32,000 bases of DNA from Desulfocapsa sulfexigens DSM 10523 (GTDB lineage Bacteria; Desulfobacterota; Desulfobulbia; Desulfobulbales; Desulfocapsaceae): assembly GCF_000341395.1 (NCBI RefSeq), contig NC_020304.1, positions 2,550,001-2,582,000 of the forward strand. The letters run 5' to 3'. The translations under genes were made by a program, and so were the position numbers. Below, one piece after another: positions 16,835 to 26,257 of this stretch (positions are counted from its first letter, which is position 1; every line of letters begins with the position of its first letter). The notes beneath the pieces were generated by a model, which did no database searches, had not been told where the DNA came from, and saw only the letters and a program-made list of their open reading frames with translations.

Positions 16835-17494
16835 ATGGATATGGAGAGGAATCCTGTAGTTTGCCCTCTGTGTCAAAGTACAGGGAGCAGTGAACTTTTT
16901 CACCGTGATACCGCTCGCAGCTATTATCGCTGTACACTCTGTCATCTTACCCACATTCCCCCGGTTCAACGACTTTCCTTAAGGGCAGAGCGGGAAGAGT
17001 ATGACAAGCATCAGAATTCACCGGATGATGTCAGGTATCGTGCCTTTCTCGGCCGTTTGTTTAACCCTTTGCATAAACGGCTCCTCCCAGACAGTCGTGG
17101 TCTCGATTTTGGCTCGGGTCCAGGGCCGACCCTTTCGCTGATGTTTGAAGAAGCAGGCCATAGAGTTAGCCTTTATGATCCTTTTTACGCGCCGGATACC
17201 CAATCTCTTCGTATCCAATATGATTTCATCACTGCGAGTGAAGTGGTTGAACATCTCCACGACCCGGCTGCAGATCTTGCACTGCTTTGGTCTCTTCTTC
17301 TTCCCGGTGGCTGGCTGGGCATCATGACAAAACTTGCTCTCGATAAGGCCGCGTTTTCCACCTGGCATTATAAAAAAGATCCTACCCACGTCTGTTTTTT
17401 TGCAAGCGAGACCATGAGGTGGCTTGCCGGGAAATGGCAGACAGAGTTACTCTTTATCGGGGATGATGTTCTTCTTTTTAAAAAACCGGAATAA
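16835..17494 (+). CDS. Class I SAM-dependent methyltransferase with N-terminal zinc-ribbon-like region
   Basis: CPLCQSTG...YYRCTLCHLTHI; GLDFGSGPGPTLSLM motif I; ITASEVVEHLHDP. Starts 9 nt after the radical SAM stop. Confidence 0.82.
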   Translation: MDMERNPVVCPLCQSTGSSELFHRDTARSYYRCTLCHLTHIPPVQRLSLRAEREEYDKHQNSPDDVRYRAFLGRLFNPLHKRLLPDSRGLDFGSGPGPTLSLMFEEAGHRVSLYDPFYAPDTQSLRIQYDFITASEVVEHLHDPAADLALLWSLLLPGGWLGIMTKLALDKAAFSTWHYKKDPTHVCFFASETMRWLAGKWQTELLFIGDDVLLFKKPE

Positions 17495-17495
17495 C

Positions 17496-18236
17496 TCAGC
17501 TGGTTTCAGGTTTTTTCTTGCCAAAAAGGGCAGTGAGGAAAATTCCTGCCTCGTAGAGGAAGAAGAGTGGAATGGCAAGAAGGCCGGTGGCCATGAAATC
17601 TCCGGCGGTGAGAAGGAAGGCCATAAAGACGATTGCTGCGTAAAAGTAAAGTCGCTTGCTGCGGAAATATTGAGCTTTTACAAAGCCTGCTTTGCCGGCC
17701 ATGACCATGAGGAATGGTATCTCAAAGGAGAGGCCAAAGGCGAGCACGGTACGGGCAACAAAGGTGAGATATTTTCCGAATTTTGGTAAGGGCTCCAGGC
17801 TTTCACTTGCATAACTCATGAAGTAAATCAGCATACGCGGCAAGACGCCAAATAGCGCAAATGCGGCACCTGCGCCAAAAAGAAGGGTCGCCCAGAAGAC
17901 AACAGTAACGGCGAATTTTTTTTCACTGCTACGGAGTCCTGGGGCAATGAACATCCAGAGTTGAAAGAGGCTGAAGGGAAAGCTGAAGAGAATGCCAATA
18001 AGAAGTGAGAGCTTCAGGTAGGAGAGGAAGGCTTCGGGAAGATTGGTGTAAACCAAGTGATCCAGGTGTGGGCTGGCAGCAAAAAGAGGATCCATAAAGA
18101 AGCGGGCAATGTTCTCTGAGAAAAAATAGGCGACCCCTGAACAGAGAATGAGTGCCGCAAAGACCTTGATAAGGCGCTGCCGTAATTCTTCATGGTGGGG
18201 CCGAAACTGCTCGAGGCTTCTGACAATAAGGGACAC
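17496..18236 (-). CDS. tatC: Sec-independent protein translocase TatC
   Basis: Six-TM TatC architecture with HHEELRQRL, FEIPFLMVMAGKAG and DFMATGLLAIPLFFLYEAGI. Confidence 0.93.
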   Translation of the reverse strand: MSLIVRSLEQFRPHHEELRQRLIKVFAALILCSGVAYFFSENIARFFMDPLFAASPHLDHLVYTNLPEAFLSYLKLSLLIGILFSFPFSLFQLWMFIAPGLRSSEKKFAVTVVFWATLLFGAGAAFALFGVLPRMLIYFMSYASESLEPLPKFGKYLTFVARTVLAFGLSFEIPFLMVMAGKAGFVKAQYFRSKRLYFYAAIVFMAFLLTAGDFMATGLLAIPLFFLYEAGIFLTALFGKKKPETS

Positions 18237-18691
18237 TAGCTCTGCTGCTCCGTCGATTCTTTTTTTGCCAGGATCTCGTTGGTTTTGGAGTTATCCACTT
18301 CCTTTGCGGGCTCTTCCCGCACAGCTTCTTCCATAATCGATACACTATCTGCATCTTTTTCCACTTCTATATCGATAATTTCAGAAGATTCTTTTTCTCC
18401 AGTACTTCTGAGGTCGTAAATTTTATCACGATTTTTGCTGGACCAGTCGTCACTGCTGTCGCCAAGAACATCATCGGTGAGTGCCTTTGCTGCTTTCTGC
18501 AGTTCCGGTTTAATATCCTCAAGAGGATTTCCTTCTTCAGTCAAACTTTCTTTAAGTGTGTTGGCTGTTTTTTTAAGGTCGAGGATTCCCTTGGCCACGG
18601 AACGGGCAAGGTCCGGTAATTTGTCAGGACCGACCACGATTAATGCAAGAGCAAGTATGAGAATAAACTCAGGTAAACCAATACCAAACAT
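18236..18691 (-). CDS. tatB: Sec-independent protein translocase TatB
   Basis: MFGIGLPEFILILALALIVVGPDKLPDLARSVAKGI; overlaps the tatC start. Confidence 0.88.
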   Translation of the reverse strand: MFGIGLPEFILILALALIVVGPDKLPDLARSVAKGILDLKKTANTLKESLTEEGNPLEDIKPELQKAAKALTDDVLGDSSDDWSSKNRDKIYDLRSTGEKESSEIIDIEVEKDADSVSIMEEAVREEPAKEVDNSKTNEILAKKESTEQQS

Positions 18692-18833
18692 GTGAAAGCC
18701 TCAAATTTTCAAGGGGGAGACTGGGCCGAACCTCCAGTTTTCAGAACTGTTCGACTGATGACTGGCAAATGTAAGGTATTTGTTGTGGGGTGTCAACTCC
18801 TACGCCGCTATTGGCAGAATGCATTAGGATGCC

Positions 18834-19919
18834 TCAGGGATGGCCAATTGTATCAATCAGCTGATAGTAGTGCTGAAAGACTTCGTTTGGAACATGGCTG
18901 TGCCAGTGACCGCTGATCAGGGCGATAATGTAACAGGTGAAGAATAGTCCCAAAAGAAGTCCCGGCAGGAGGAGCAGGTTGGTATCTTTTGTGCCGGGAA
19001 CTGCAAGGGTCAGGCATTTCTGTGCAGGGCATACCTGGACACATTCAAGGCAGCCGATACATTCGGCATTGCGTACGGTTGTTTTTCGGGTGATACGAAT
19101 GGAAGAGGGACAGGCATCTTCACATTTTTTACAATCAATACAGGTTTCAGGGGCGCGTTTGACCTGAAATGGGCTGATCAGGGCAAGGATACCGAGCAGG
19201 CCGCCATAGGGACAGAGATAGCGGCACCAAAAATTTCGCAGGACAAATGAAATAAGTAGTATTCCCAGCATGATAGATCCTGCCAGGGTGCTTGGGTGGA
19301 GGAAGAAGTGGAGCATTTTTGCATCTGATATCAGATTGTAGGAGGAACGATGAAAGTCAGTGAGATCCTCAAGTCCCATGTTCCAGAGGATAAGATAGCT
19401 AAAGAAGCCAAGGAGCAGATATTTCAGGCTGAGTAAGGGGATATCGATCCAGGCGGGAAGTGAAAGGAGTATCCCTGTTTTTTTACTGAACCGTTCTACC
19501 ATATTAGAAAAAAAGCCAACGGGACATATCCAGCCACAGAATCCTTTGCGTAGAAACAGGCTTATCAGCAGGGCGGCAATAAAAATTGTGAGGCCTGCAG
19601 GATGGATGGTGTCAAATCCTGCGCCGAGAAATAATCGTTTCAGGCTGACCAGGGCGCCAAGAGGCAGGAAGGCCTCAACTGAAGGCGGCCTTGCCACGTA
19701 CTGATGTGTAATGGGATCGAGAGCCCAGAGGTAAAAAGAGTAGAATTGCCAGCCAATAAAGAGGCAGAAAAGAGCGAAGAGCGATTGGCAGGAAAGTCGT
19801 AAAAGACTCAGACGAGAGTGAAAAAATTTTTTAGCACGCATTTCTCTGTTTTTGATCATACTGAAAACCCTGAAGCTGAAAGTGGAGATGATTGGAAAAA
19901 TATAGGGCAATAGTAGCAA
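18834..19919 (-). CDS. NapH-like membrane polyferredoxin (4Fe-4S binding)
   Basis: TM helices with CGWICPVGFF, CRYLCPYGG, CIDCKKCEDACP, CIGCLECVQVCP. The start is probably internal (about 19859, MIKNREMRAKKF). Confidence 0.82.
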   Translation of the reverse strand: MLLLPYIFPIISTFSFRVFSMIKNREMRAKKFFHSRLSLLRLSCQSLFALFCLFIGWQFYSFYLWALDPITHQYVARPPSVEAFLPLGALVSLKRLFLGAGFDTIHPAGLTIFIAALLISLFLRKGFCGWICPVGFFSNMVERFSKKTGILLSLPAWIDIPLLSLKYLLLGFFSYLILWNMGLEDLTDFHRSSYNLISDAKMLHFFLHPSTLAGSIMLGILLISFVLRNFWCRYLCPYGGLLGILALISPFQVKRAPETCIDCKKCEDACPSSIRITRKTTVRNAECIGCLECVQVCPAQKCLTLAVPGTKDTNLLLLPGLLLGLFFTCYIIALISGHWHSHVPNEVFQHYYQLIDTIGHP

Positions 19920-20145
19920 ACTTCCGCAGAGAATAGCCTTGATTCAGGTCAAGAACCAAAGATATTGTGGTAAAATATGTTTTTTTGATCTGGTTCGCCT
20001 GGTCGGCCCGCAAAAGATTGACTTTCAAGGGTTGTCTGACTATATTGACGCGGTTGTCCGTTGACGAAATCCAGGTGCGTTTTGATGTTGTGTTGTTTTA
20101 CTGATACAATGCGTAACGCAATAAATGTGAGTGAACAGGAGATAG

Positions 20146-21450
<1,305 letters not shown>

Positions 21451-21545
21451 CAGGTGCTTATACACTGCAGAGTTAGAAAGTGTTGACACTTTCGGGTGGC
21501 TGGATAAAGGGCTATCGTAAATATATAAAGAATTGAGGATTATGA

Positions 21546-21821
21546 ATGGCAAGAATTACCGTTGAAGATTGTCTGGAAAGCATTGGTGAGAATAAACGTT
21601 TTGATCTTGTGCATCTGACTGTGGAACGGATTCGTCAGCACAGACATGGCGAACCGTATCTCGTGGCAGGTAAAAACAAAGAGGTTGTTATGACCCTTCG
21701 GGAAGTGGCAGCCAAGAAGGTTACCTTTGAGAATATTAGAAATCTGCCCGATGCTGTAAATGAAGCAGTGACAGAAGAAGTGGAAGTAGAAAATACTGAA
21801 GAAGAAAAAGCTGCTGTCTGA
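21546..21821 (+). CDS. rpoZ: DNA-directed RNA polymerase omega subunit
   Basis: MARITVEDCLESIGENKRFDLVHLTVERIRQ; acidic C-terminal tail. Confidence 0.85.
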   Translation: MARITVEDCLESIGENKRFDLVHLTVERIRQHRHGEPYLVAGKNKEVVMTLREVAAKKVTFENIRNLPDAVNEAVTEEVEVENTEEEKAAV

Positions 21822-21876
21822 AACGATGGCAGGTTAGTAACTTCGTCAAAACAGTAGACAGGCCGTAAGAGAAAAA

Positions 21877-23001
21877 ATGCAGAAATGTTATTATGAAGTG
21901 CTGTCAGTCAGCAAGGATGCAGACGGTAGCACGATCAAAAAAGCCTACCGTAAGCTCGCCATGAAATATCATCCGGATCGTAATCCCGATGATAAGGCTG
22001 CAGAGGAATCGTTTAAAGAATGCACCGAGGCTTATGAGGTGCTCAGCGATCTTCAAAAAAGAAAAATCTATGATACCTATGGCCATGAAGGTCTGAAAAG
22101 CAGTGGATATCAGGGGCCGAGCAACTTTGAAGATATGTTTTCTGGCCTGGGAGATCTCTTTGGAGATCTCTTTGGTGGCGGAAGGGGACGTAGCCGTCGT
22201 AACGGACCGCAACCCGGAAACGATCTCCGCTACGATATCGAAATTACCTTTATGGAGGCCGTGCACGGTCTTGCCAAAGAGGTGGCTATAAACAAGCGTG
22301 ATACCTGCTGGACCTGTGAGGGCAGTGGCTGTCGTCCAGGTCATAAACGTCAGACCTGCCCAAGTTGTAATGGACGCGGTCAGGTTATTCGATCCCAGGG
22401 CTTTTTTCAGGTTTCTTCAACATGCCCGCAGTGTCATGGTGAGGGGGAGATCGTGACCGAACCCTGTGGTGATTGCAATGGAAGCGGCCTGGTGGAGAAA
22501 AGTAAAAAGGTTTCTTTGAAAATTCCAGCTGGCGTTGATACCGGGGCTCAGATGCGTCTTCGTGGAGAAGGTGAAGGTGGGCGCCGTGGCGGTCCAACCG
22601 GCGATCTCTATGTTGTTATTCATGTCCAGGAACATGAGTTTTTTAAACGTGATCGGCAGACTATCTACTGTGAGTTTCCTGTCTCCATGGTTCAGGCGGC
22701 ACTTGGTTGTAAGGTGGATGTTCCGACGATCCACGGGAAGAAGAAGTTGAGCATCCCGGCAGGAAGTCAATCCGGTGAGCGCTTTACTCTGAAAAAAGAA
22801 GGTGTTCCCAGTCTGCGTGGTGGTGTTCGTGGTGATATGATTGTGCAGTTACAGGTGAAGACACCAACGAATCTCTGTGATGAACAGAAAAAGGTCCTGG
22901 AAAACTTTGATGAACTCTGCCAGAAACATGGGCAACACAAAGAAAACGAGGGGTTCTTTAGCAAACTTTTTCATGAAGTATTGGGGAAAAAGGAATCCTG
23001 A
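21877..23001 (+). CDS. dnaJ: Molecular chaperone DnaJ
   Basis: J-domain with HPDRN, G/F-rich region, four CxxCxGxG repeats and C-terminal domain. Confidence 0.93.
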   Translation: MQKCYYEVLSVSKDADGSTIKKAYRKLAMKYHPDRNPDDKAAEESFKECTEAYEVLSDLQKRKIYDTYGHEGLKSSGYQGPSNFEDMFSGLGDLFGDLFGGGRGRSRRNGPQPGNDLRYDIEITFMEAVHGLAKEVAINKRDTCWTCEGSGCRPGHKRQTCPSCNGRGQVIRSQGFFQVSSTCPQCHGEGEIVTEPCGDCNGSGLVEKSKKVSLKIPAGVDTGAQMRLRGEGEGGRRGGPTGDLYVVIHVQEHEFFKRDRQTIYCEFPVSMVQAALGCKVDVPTIHGKKKLSIPAGSQSGERFTLKKEGVPSLRGGVRGDMIVQLQVKTPTNLCDEQKKVLENFDELCQKHGQHKENEGFFSKLFHEVLGKKES

Positions 23002-23022
23002 TGGAAGCCTTGGGACGTTAGA

Positions 23023-23517
23023 ATGAAAGAAAATCAGGGACAGGAGTTGACTCATTTTGATGCTGATGGCAATGCCATAATGGTGGACGTCAGCAGGAAG
23101 CTTGATACTGAACGTGTGGCAACGGCAAGCGGGAAAATTACCCTGTCGCAGGATGCCTATGATCGAGTAAAAAGTGGTTCCATGGCCAAGGGGGATGTGC
23201 TTGGAGTGGCACGTGTTGCTGGAATAATGGCAGCAAAAAAAGTGGATAGTCTGATTCCTCTTTGTCACCCCCTTGCAGTAACAAAAATTACTATAGATTT
23301 TGTGTATCATGATGACCTTCGTCAGATTGAGATCGTGGCAGTTGTCGGCATTACCGGTAAAACTGGTGTGGAGATGGAAGCGCTCACAGCTGTTTCAATA
23401 ACTGCATTGACCATCTATGATATGTGTAAGGCTATAGATAAGGCAATGGTTATCAGTGATATTTGTTTGGAGAAGAAAACTGGTGGTAAGAGCGGGACAT
23501 TTATTCGACCTGAGTGA
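23023..23517 (+). CDS. moaC: Cyclic pyranopterin monophosphate synthase MoaC (molybdenum cofactor biosynthesis)
   Basis: [56 protein letters not shown]. Confidence 0.95.
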   Translation: MKENQGQELTHFDADGNAIMVDVSRKLDTERVATASGKITLSQDAYDRVKSGSMAKGDVLGVARVAGIMAAKKVDSLIPLCHPLAVTKITIDFVYHDDLRQIEIVAVVGITGKTGVEMEALTAVSITALTIYDMCKAIDKAMVISDICLEKKTGGKSGTFIRPE

Positions 23518-23581
23518 TTGGGTATACAATGTCTCTTTTTCATATTGAATGTTTTTATGTTTAAAATGAGAGGTTTTTTGA

Positions 23582-23944
23582 ATGGAACATAAAGTACTGG
23601 ATAGCTTCCGAAAGCAACTTGAGGAAAAACGAGCAGATATTCTGAAGGAAGCAGAAAGGACATTGGCTGAGTTGAATGATCAGTCTGGAAACATTCCGGA
23701 CCCTAACGACCGTGCCAGTGCAGAATCGGGTCGTAGTTTTGAACTTAGAATAAGACAGAGGGAGCAGAAACTGCTTTCAAAAATTGAAGAGGCCCTGCAG
23801 AGAATCGAAGATGGCAATTTCGGGGAATGTGACAGCTGCGGAGAACTTATTGGCTTGAAGAGACTAGAGGCCAGGCCGGTCACCACTCTCTGTATTGAGT
23901 GTAAAACTGCCCAGGAATCAAAGGAAAAGTCTTTAAGGAAATAG
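23582..23944 (+). CDS. DksA/TraR-family zinc-finger transcriptional regulator
   Basis: Coiled-coil N-terminus and zinc finger CDSCGELIGLKRLEARPVTTLCIEC. Confidence 0.88.
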   Translation: MEHKVLDSFRKQLEEKRADILKEAERTLAELNDQSGNIPDPNDRASAESGRSFELRIRQREQKLLSKIEEALQRIEDGNFGECDSCGELIGLKRLEARPVTTLCIECKTAQESKEKSLRK

Positions 23945-23949
23945 TGTAA

Positions 23950-24957
23950 ATGCCGGAATTAAGAAAAGATCCAGTCCTCGGTCGATGGATTATCATTGCC
24001 AGGGAACGTGGGAAGCGACCTTCGGATTTTGTTATTGTTGAATCACCGGGTAGCGGTGGTTTTTGCCCTCTTTGTCCCGGCAATGAAAATACTACCCCCA
24101 ATGAAGTACTGGCTTATGGCCGTGAAAGTAATATTATCAATTCTCCCGGTTGGAAGGTCCGGGTGGTGCCGAACAAATATCCGGCTCTGGTGATTGAGGG
24201 AGATCTTAACCGCGAAGGTGAAGGACTCTATGATAAGATGAATGGGATCGGTGCCCATGAAGTTGTCGTGGAATCCCCCAACCACGATGATGTTTTTTCT
24301 GAGTTACCCTCAGAACATATGATCATGATTTTTAAGGCTTTTCAGGTTCGTATTAAAGATCTTGAACATGATGACCGATTTCGCTATGTCCTGGTTTTTA
24401 AAAACTACGGTAAGGCCGCCGGTGCCTCTCTGGAACATTCCCATTCACAGCTTGTAGCACTTCCGGTACTACCGAGAAAAATAGAATCGGAGCTGGCGGG
24501 TGCTTTAACGTATTATAATTATAAAGAACGTTGTGTATATTGTGACATTATCAGTCAGGAGCTGAAACAGGACATTCGAGTGGTTTGTAAGAATGAATAT
24601 TTTATAACCATTACTCCCTTTGCTCCGAGAACTCCTTTTGAGATGTGGATTTTACCCATCCGTCACTCCTCTGCCTACCATGAGCAGGATGATAGACAAC
24701 TGGCATCTCTCGCCGAAATATTTTCAGAAAGCCTTTGCCGGCTTGATGCCTGCATCCCCAAAGTTCCTTATAATTTTGTACTTCATACACAACCTCTGCG
24801 TTCACCGCACATGGATCATTTCCATTGGCATTTTGAGATTGTACCCAAGCTCACATCCATTGCAGGTTTTGAATGGGGCTCGGGATTCTATATTAACCCC
24901 ATGCCGCCCGAAGAAGCTGCCTCCTACCTGCGGGAGTCACTGGAGCGAATATCTTAG
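23950..24957 (+). CDS. galT: Galactose-1-phosphate uridylyltransferase
   Basis: RKDPVLGRWIIIARERGKRPSDF, CPLCPGNE, NKYPAL, HSHSQL, HFEI motifs. Confidence 0.9.
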   Translation: MPELRKDPVLGRWIIIARERGKRPSDFVIVESPGSGGFCPLCPGNENTTPNEVLAYGRESNIINSPGWKVRVVPNKYPALVIEGDLNREGEGLYDKMNGIGAHEVVVESPNHDDVFSELPSEHMIMIFKAFQVRIKDLEHDDRFRYVLVFKNYGKAAGASLEHSHSQLVALPVLPRKIESELAGALTYYNYKERCVYCDIISQELKQDIRVVCKNEYFITITPFAPRTPFEMWILPIRHSSAYHEQDDRQLASLAEIFSESLCRLDACIPKVPYNFVLHTQPLRSPHMDHFHWHFEIVPKLTSIAGFEWGSGFYINPMPPEEAASYLRESLERIS

Positions 24958-24965
24958 AGGACTTC

Positions 24966-25316
24966 ATGAAAAAAATCTTACTTGTTGATGACGAAGAAGG
25001 TATCCAGATGCTCTATCGTGAAGAGCTCGAAGATGAGGGATACGAAGTGATTTCAGCCTATACGGGTGAGGAAGGTATCCAGAAATTTAAAGAGGAGTCT
25101 CCCGATCTGGTGATCCTCGATATTCAGATGCCTGGGATGAATGGGATTGAAACACTACGTCAGATGAAAATGGAAAATCCCAAGTTGCCTGTTATCCTGA
25201 GTTCTGCATATAACGAGTATAAGCAGGATCTTGGAGCCTGGGCTTCCGACGAGTATGTGGTGAAATCATCCAATATTAATGATCTGAAAGAAGCTGTACG
25301 TAAACACCTCTCTTAG
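24966..25316 (+). CDS. Single-domain (CheY-like) response regulator
   Basis: KKILLVDDEEGIQMLY, DLVILDIQMPGMNG, LSSAY, VVKSSN; no output domain. Confidence 0.9.
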   Translation: MKKILLVDDEEGIQMLYREELEDEGYEVISAYTGEEGIQKFKEESPDLVILDIQMPGMNGIETLRQMKMENPKLPVILSSAYNEYKQDLGAWASDEYVVKSSNINDLKEAVRKHLS

Positions 25317-25399
25317 GACTTGTTCCTGAACTGCTGTTATGAAAAAAATTGAAAGTTATCATTAAGTTATTTTGTTGTTACGAGAAGGTATGTAGGTTG

Positions 25400-25474
25400 G
25401 AGGTTTTTAGCCTGAAGGAAAGACCGCCTTTCACGTGGCCTTCAACCGTTCTGTTCCTTCATCCTTCAGACCTC
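25400..25474 (+). promoter_or_regulatory. Candidate structured 5' leader upstream of folE2
   Basis: GAGGT (25400-25404)/ACCTC (25470-25474) and CTGAAGGA (25412-25419)/TCCTTCAG (25462-25469), both perfect; CCTTCA also occurs at 25439-25444 and 25456-25461. Confidence 0.4.
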
Positions 25475-25488
25475 AGTCTTCCTTACAA

Positions 25489-26220
25489 ATGAAAGATATC
25501 CAGAATCAGGAGGATCACCGCCGCATTAATATCAAGAAGGTGGGGGTGAAGACCATCTCCTATCCTGTCACAGTCCTTGATAAAGCTCGTTCTAAACAGC
25601 ACACCGTTGCTTCAGTGAACATGTATGTGAATCTTCCCCATCATTTTAAGGGAACACATATGAGCCGCTTTGTTGAGATTCTCAATCGTTTTCATGGGGC
25701 AATTGATATCGGGAAATTCCATGATATTCTTGCAGAAATGAAGACTAAGCTTGAGGCCGAAGCTGCTCATATTGAAATGTCTTTTGCGTACTTTCTCGCC
25801 AATAAGCTGGGAGATCCTGAGACCTTGAAATCGAGAAGGTATGAGTGCTGCATGCACGGTTCTCTTGAAGTGGTGGATGATCTTGAATTCCGGATTGAAG
25901 TTCCGGTCTCTCTGGCACTTGCTAAAAAAACAGGTCAGGGCTTGCCACGTTCTCTTGGACATTGGGGGCGTGCTGTTGTTGCAGTTAAATTTAAGAATTT
26001 TATCTGGATTGAGGATCTGATTGCTCTTGTTGAGACCGTTATTGAAGGAGAGCGTAATATGGCGCCCATTCAGGGAGAAAACAGTATGTCTGTTGAGTCT
26101 CTGACTCGTCGAATAGCCGGGAGTCTTCGAGAGGAAGAGGCGATCAAAGAATTTTCGGTAAAAGTTGAAAATCTCGCAGAGGGCTATTCCACATTTGCCA
26201 CCATGGACTCTTACTCGTAA
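25489..26220 (+). CDS. folE2: GTP cyclohydrolase FolE2 (type IB)
   Basis: MKDIQNQEDHRRINIKKVGVKTISYPV N-terminus, ECCMHGSLE, VEGERNMAPIQ-like conserved region. Confidence 0.9.
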   Translation: MKDIQNQEDHRRINIKKVGVKTISYPVTVLDKARSKQHTVASVNMYVNLPHHFKGTHMSRFVEILNRFHGAIDIGKFHDILAEMKTKLEAEAAHIEMSFAYFLANKLGDPETLKSRRYECCMHGSLEVVDDLEFRIEVPVSLALAKKTGQGLPRSLGHWGRAVVAVKFKNFIWIEDLIALVETVIEGERNMAPIQGENSMSVESLTRRIAGSLREEEAIKEFSVKVENLAEGYSTFATMDSYS

Positions 26221-26257
26221 AGAGCTGTTATCAAATTTACACTAAAAATGAATAATT

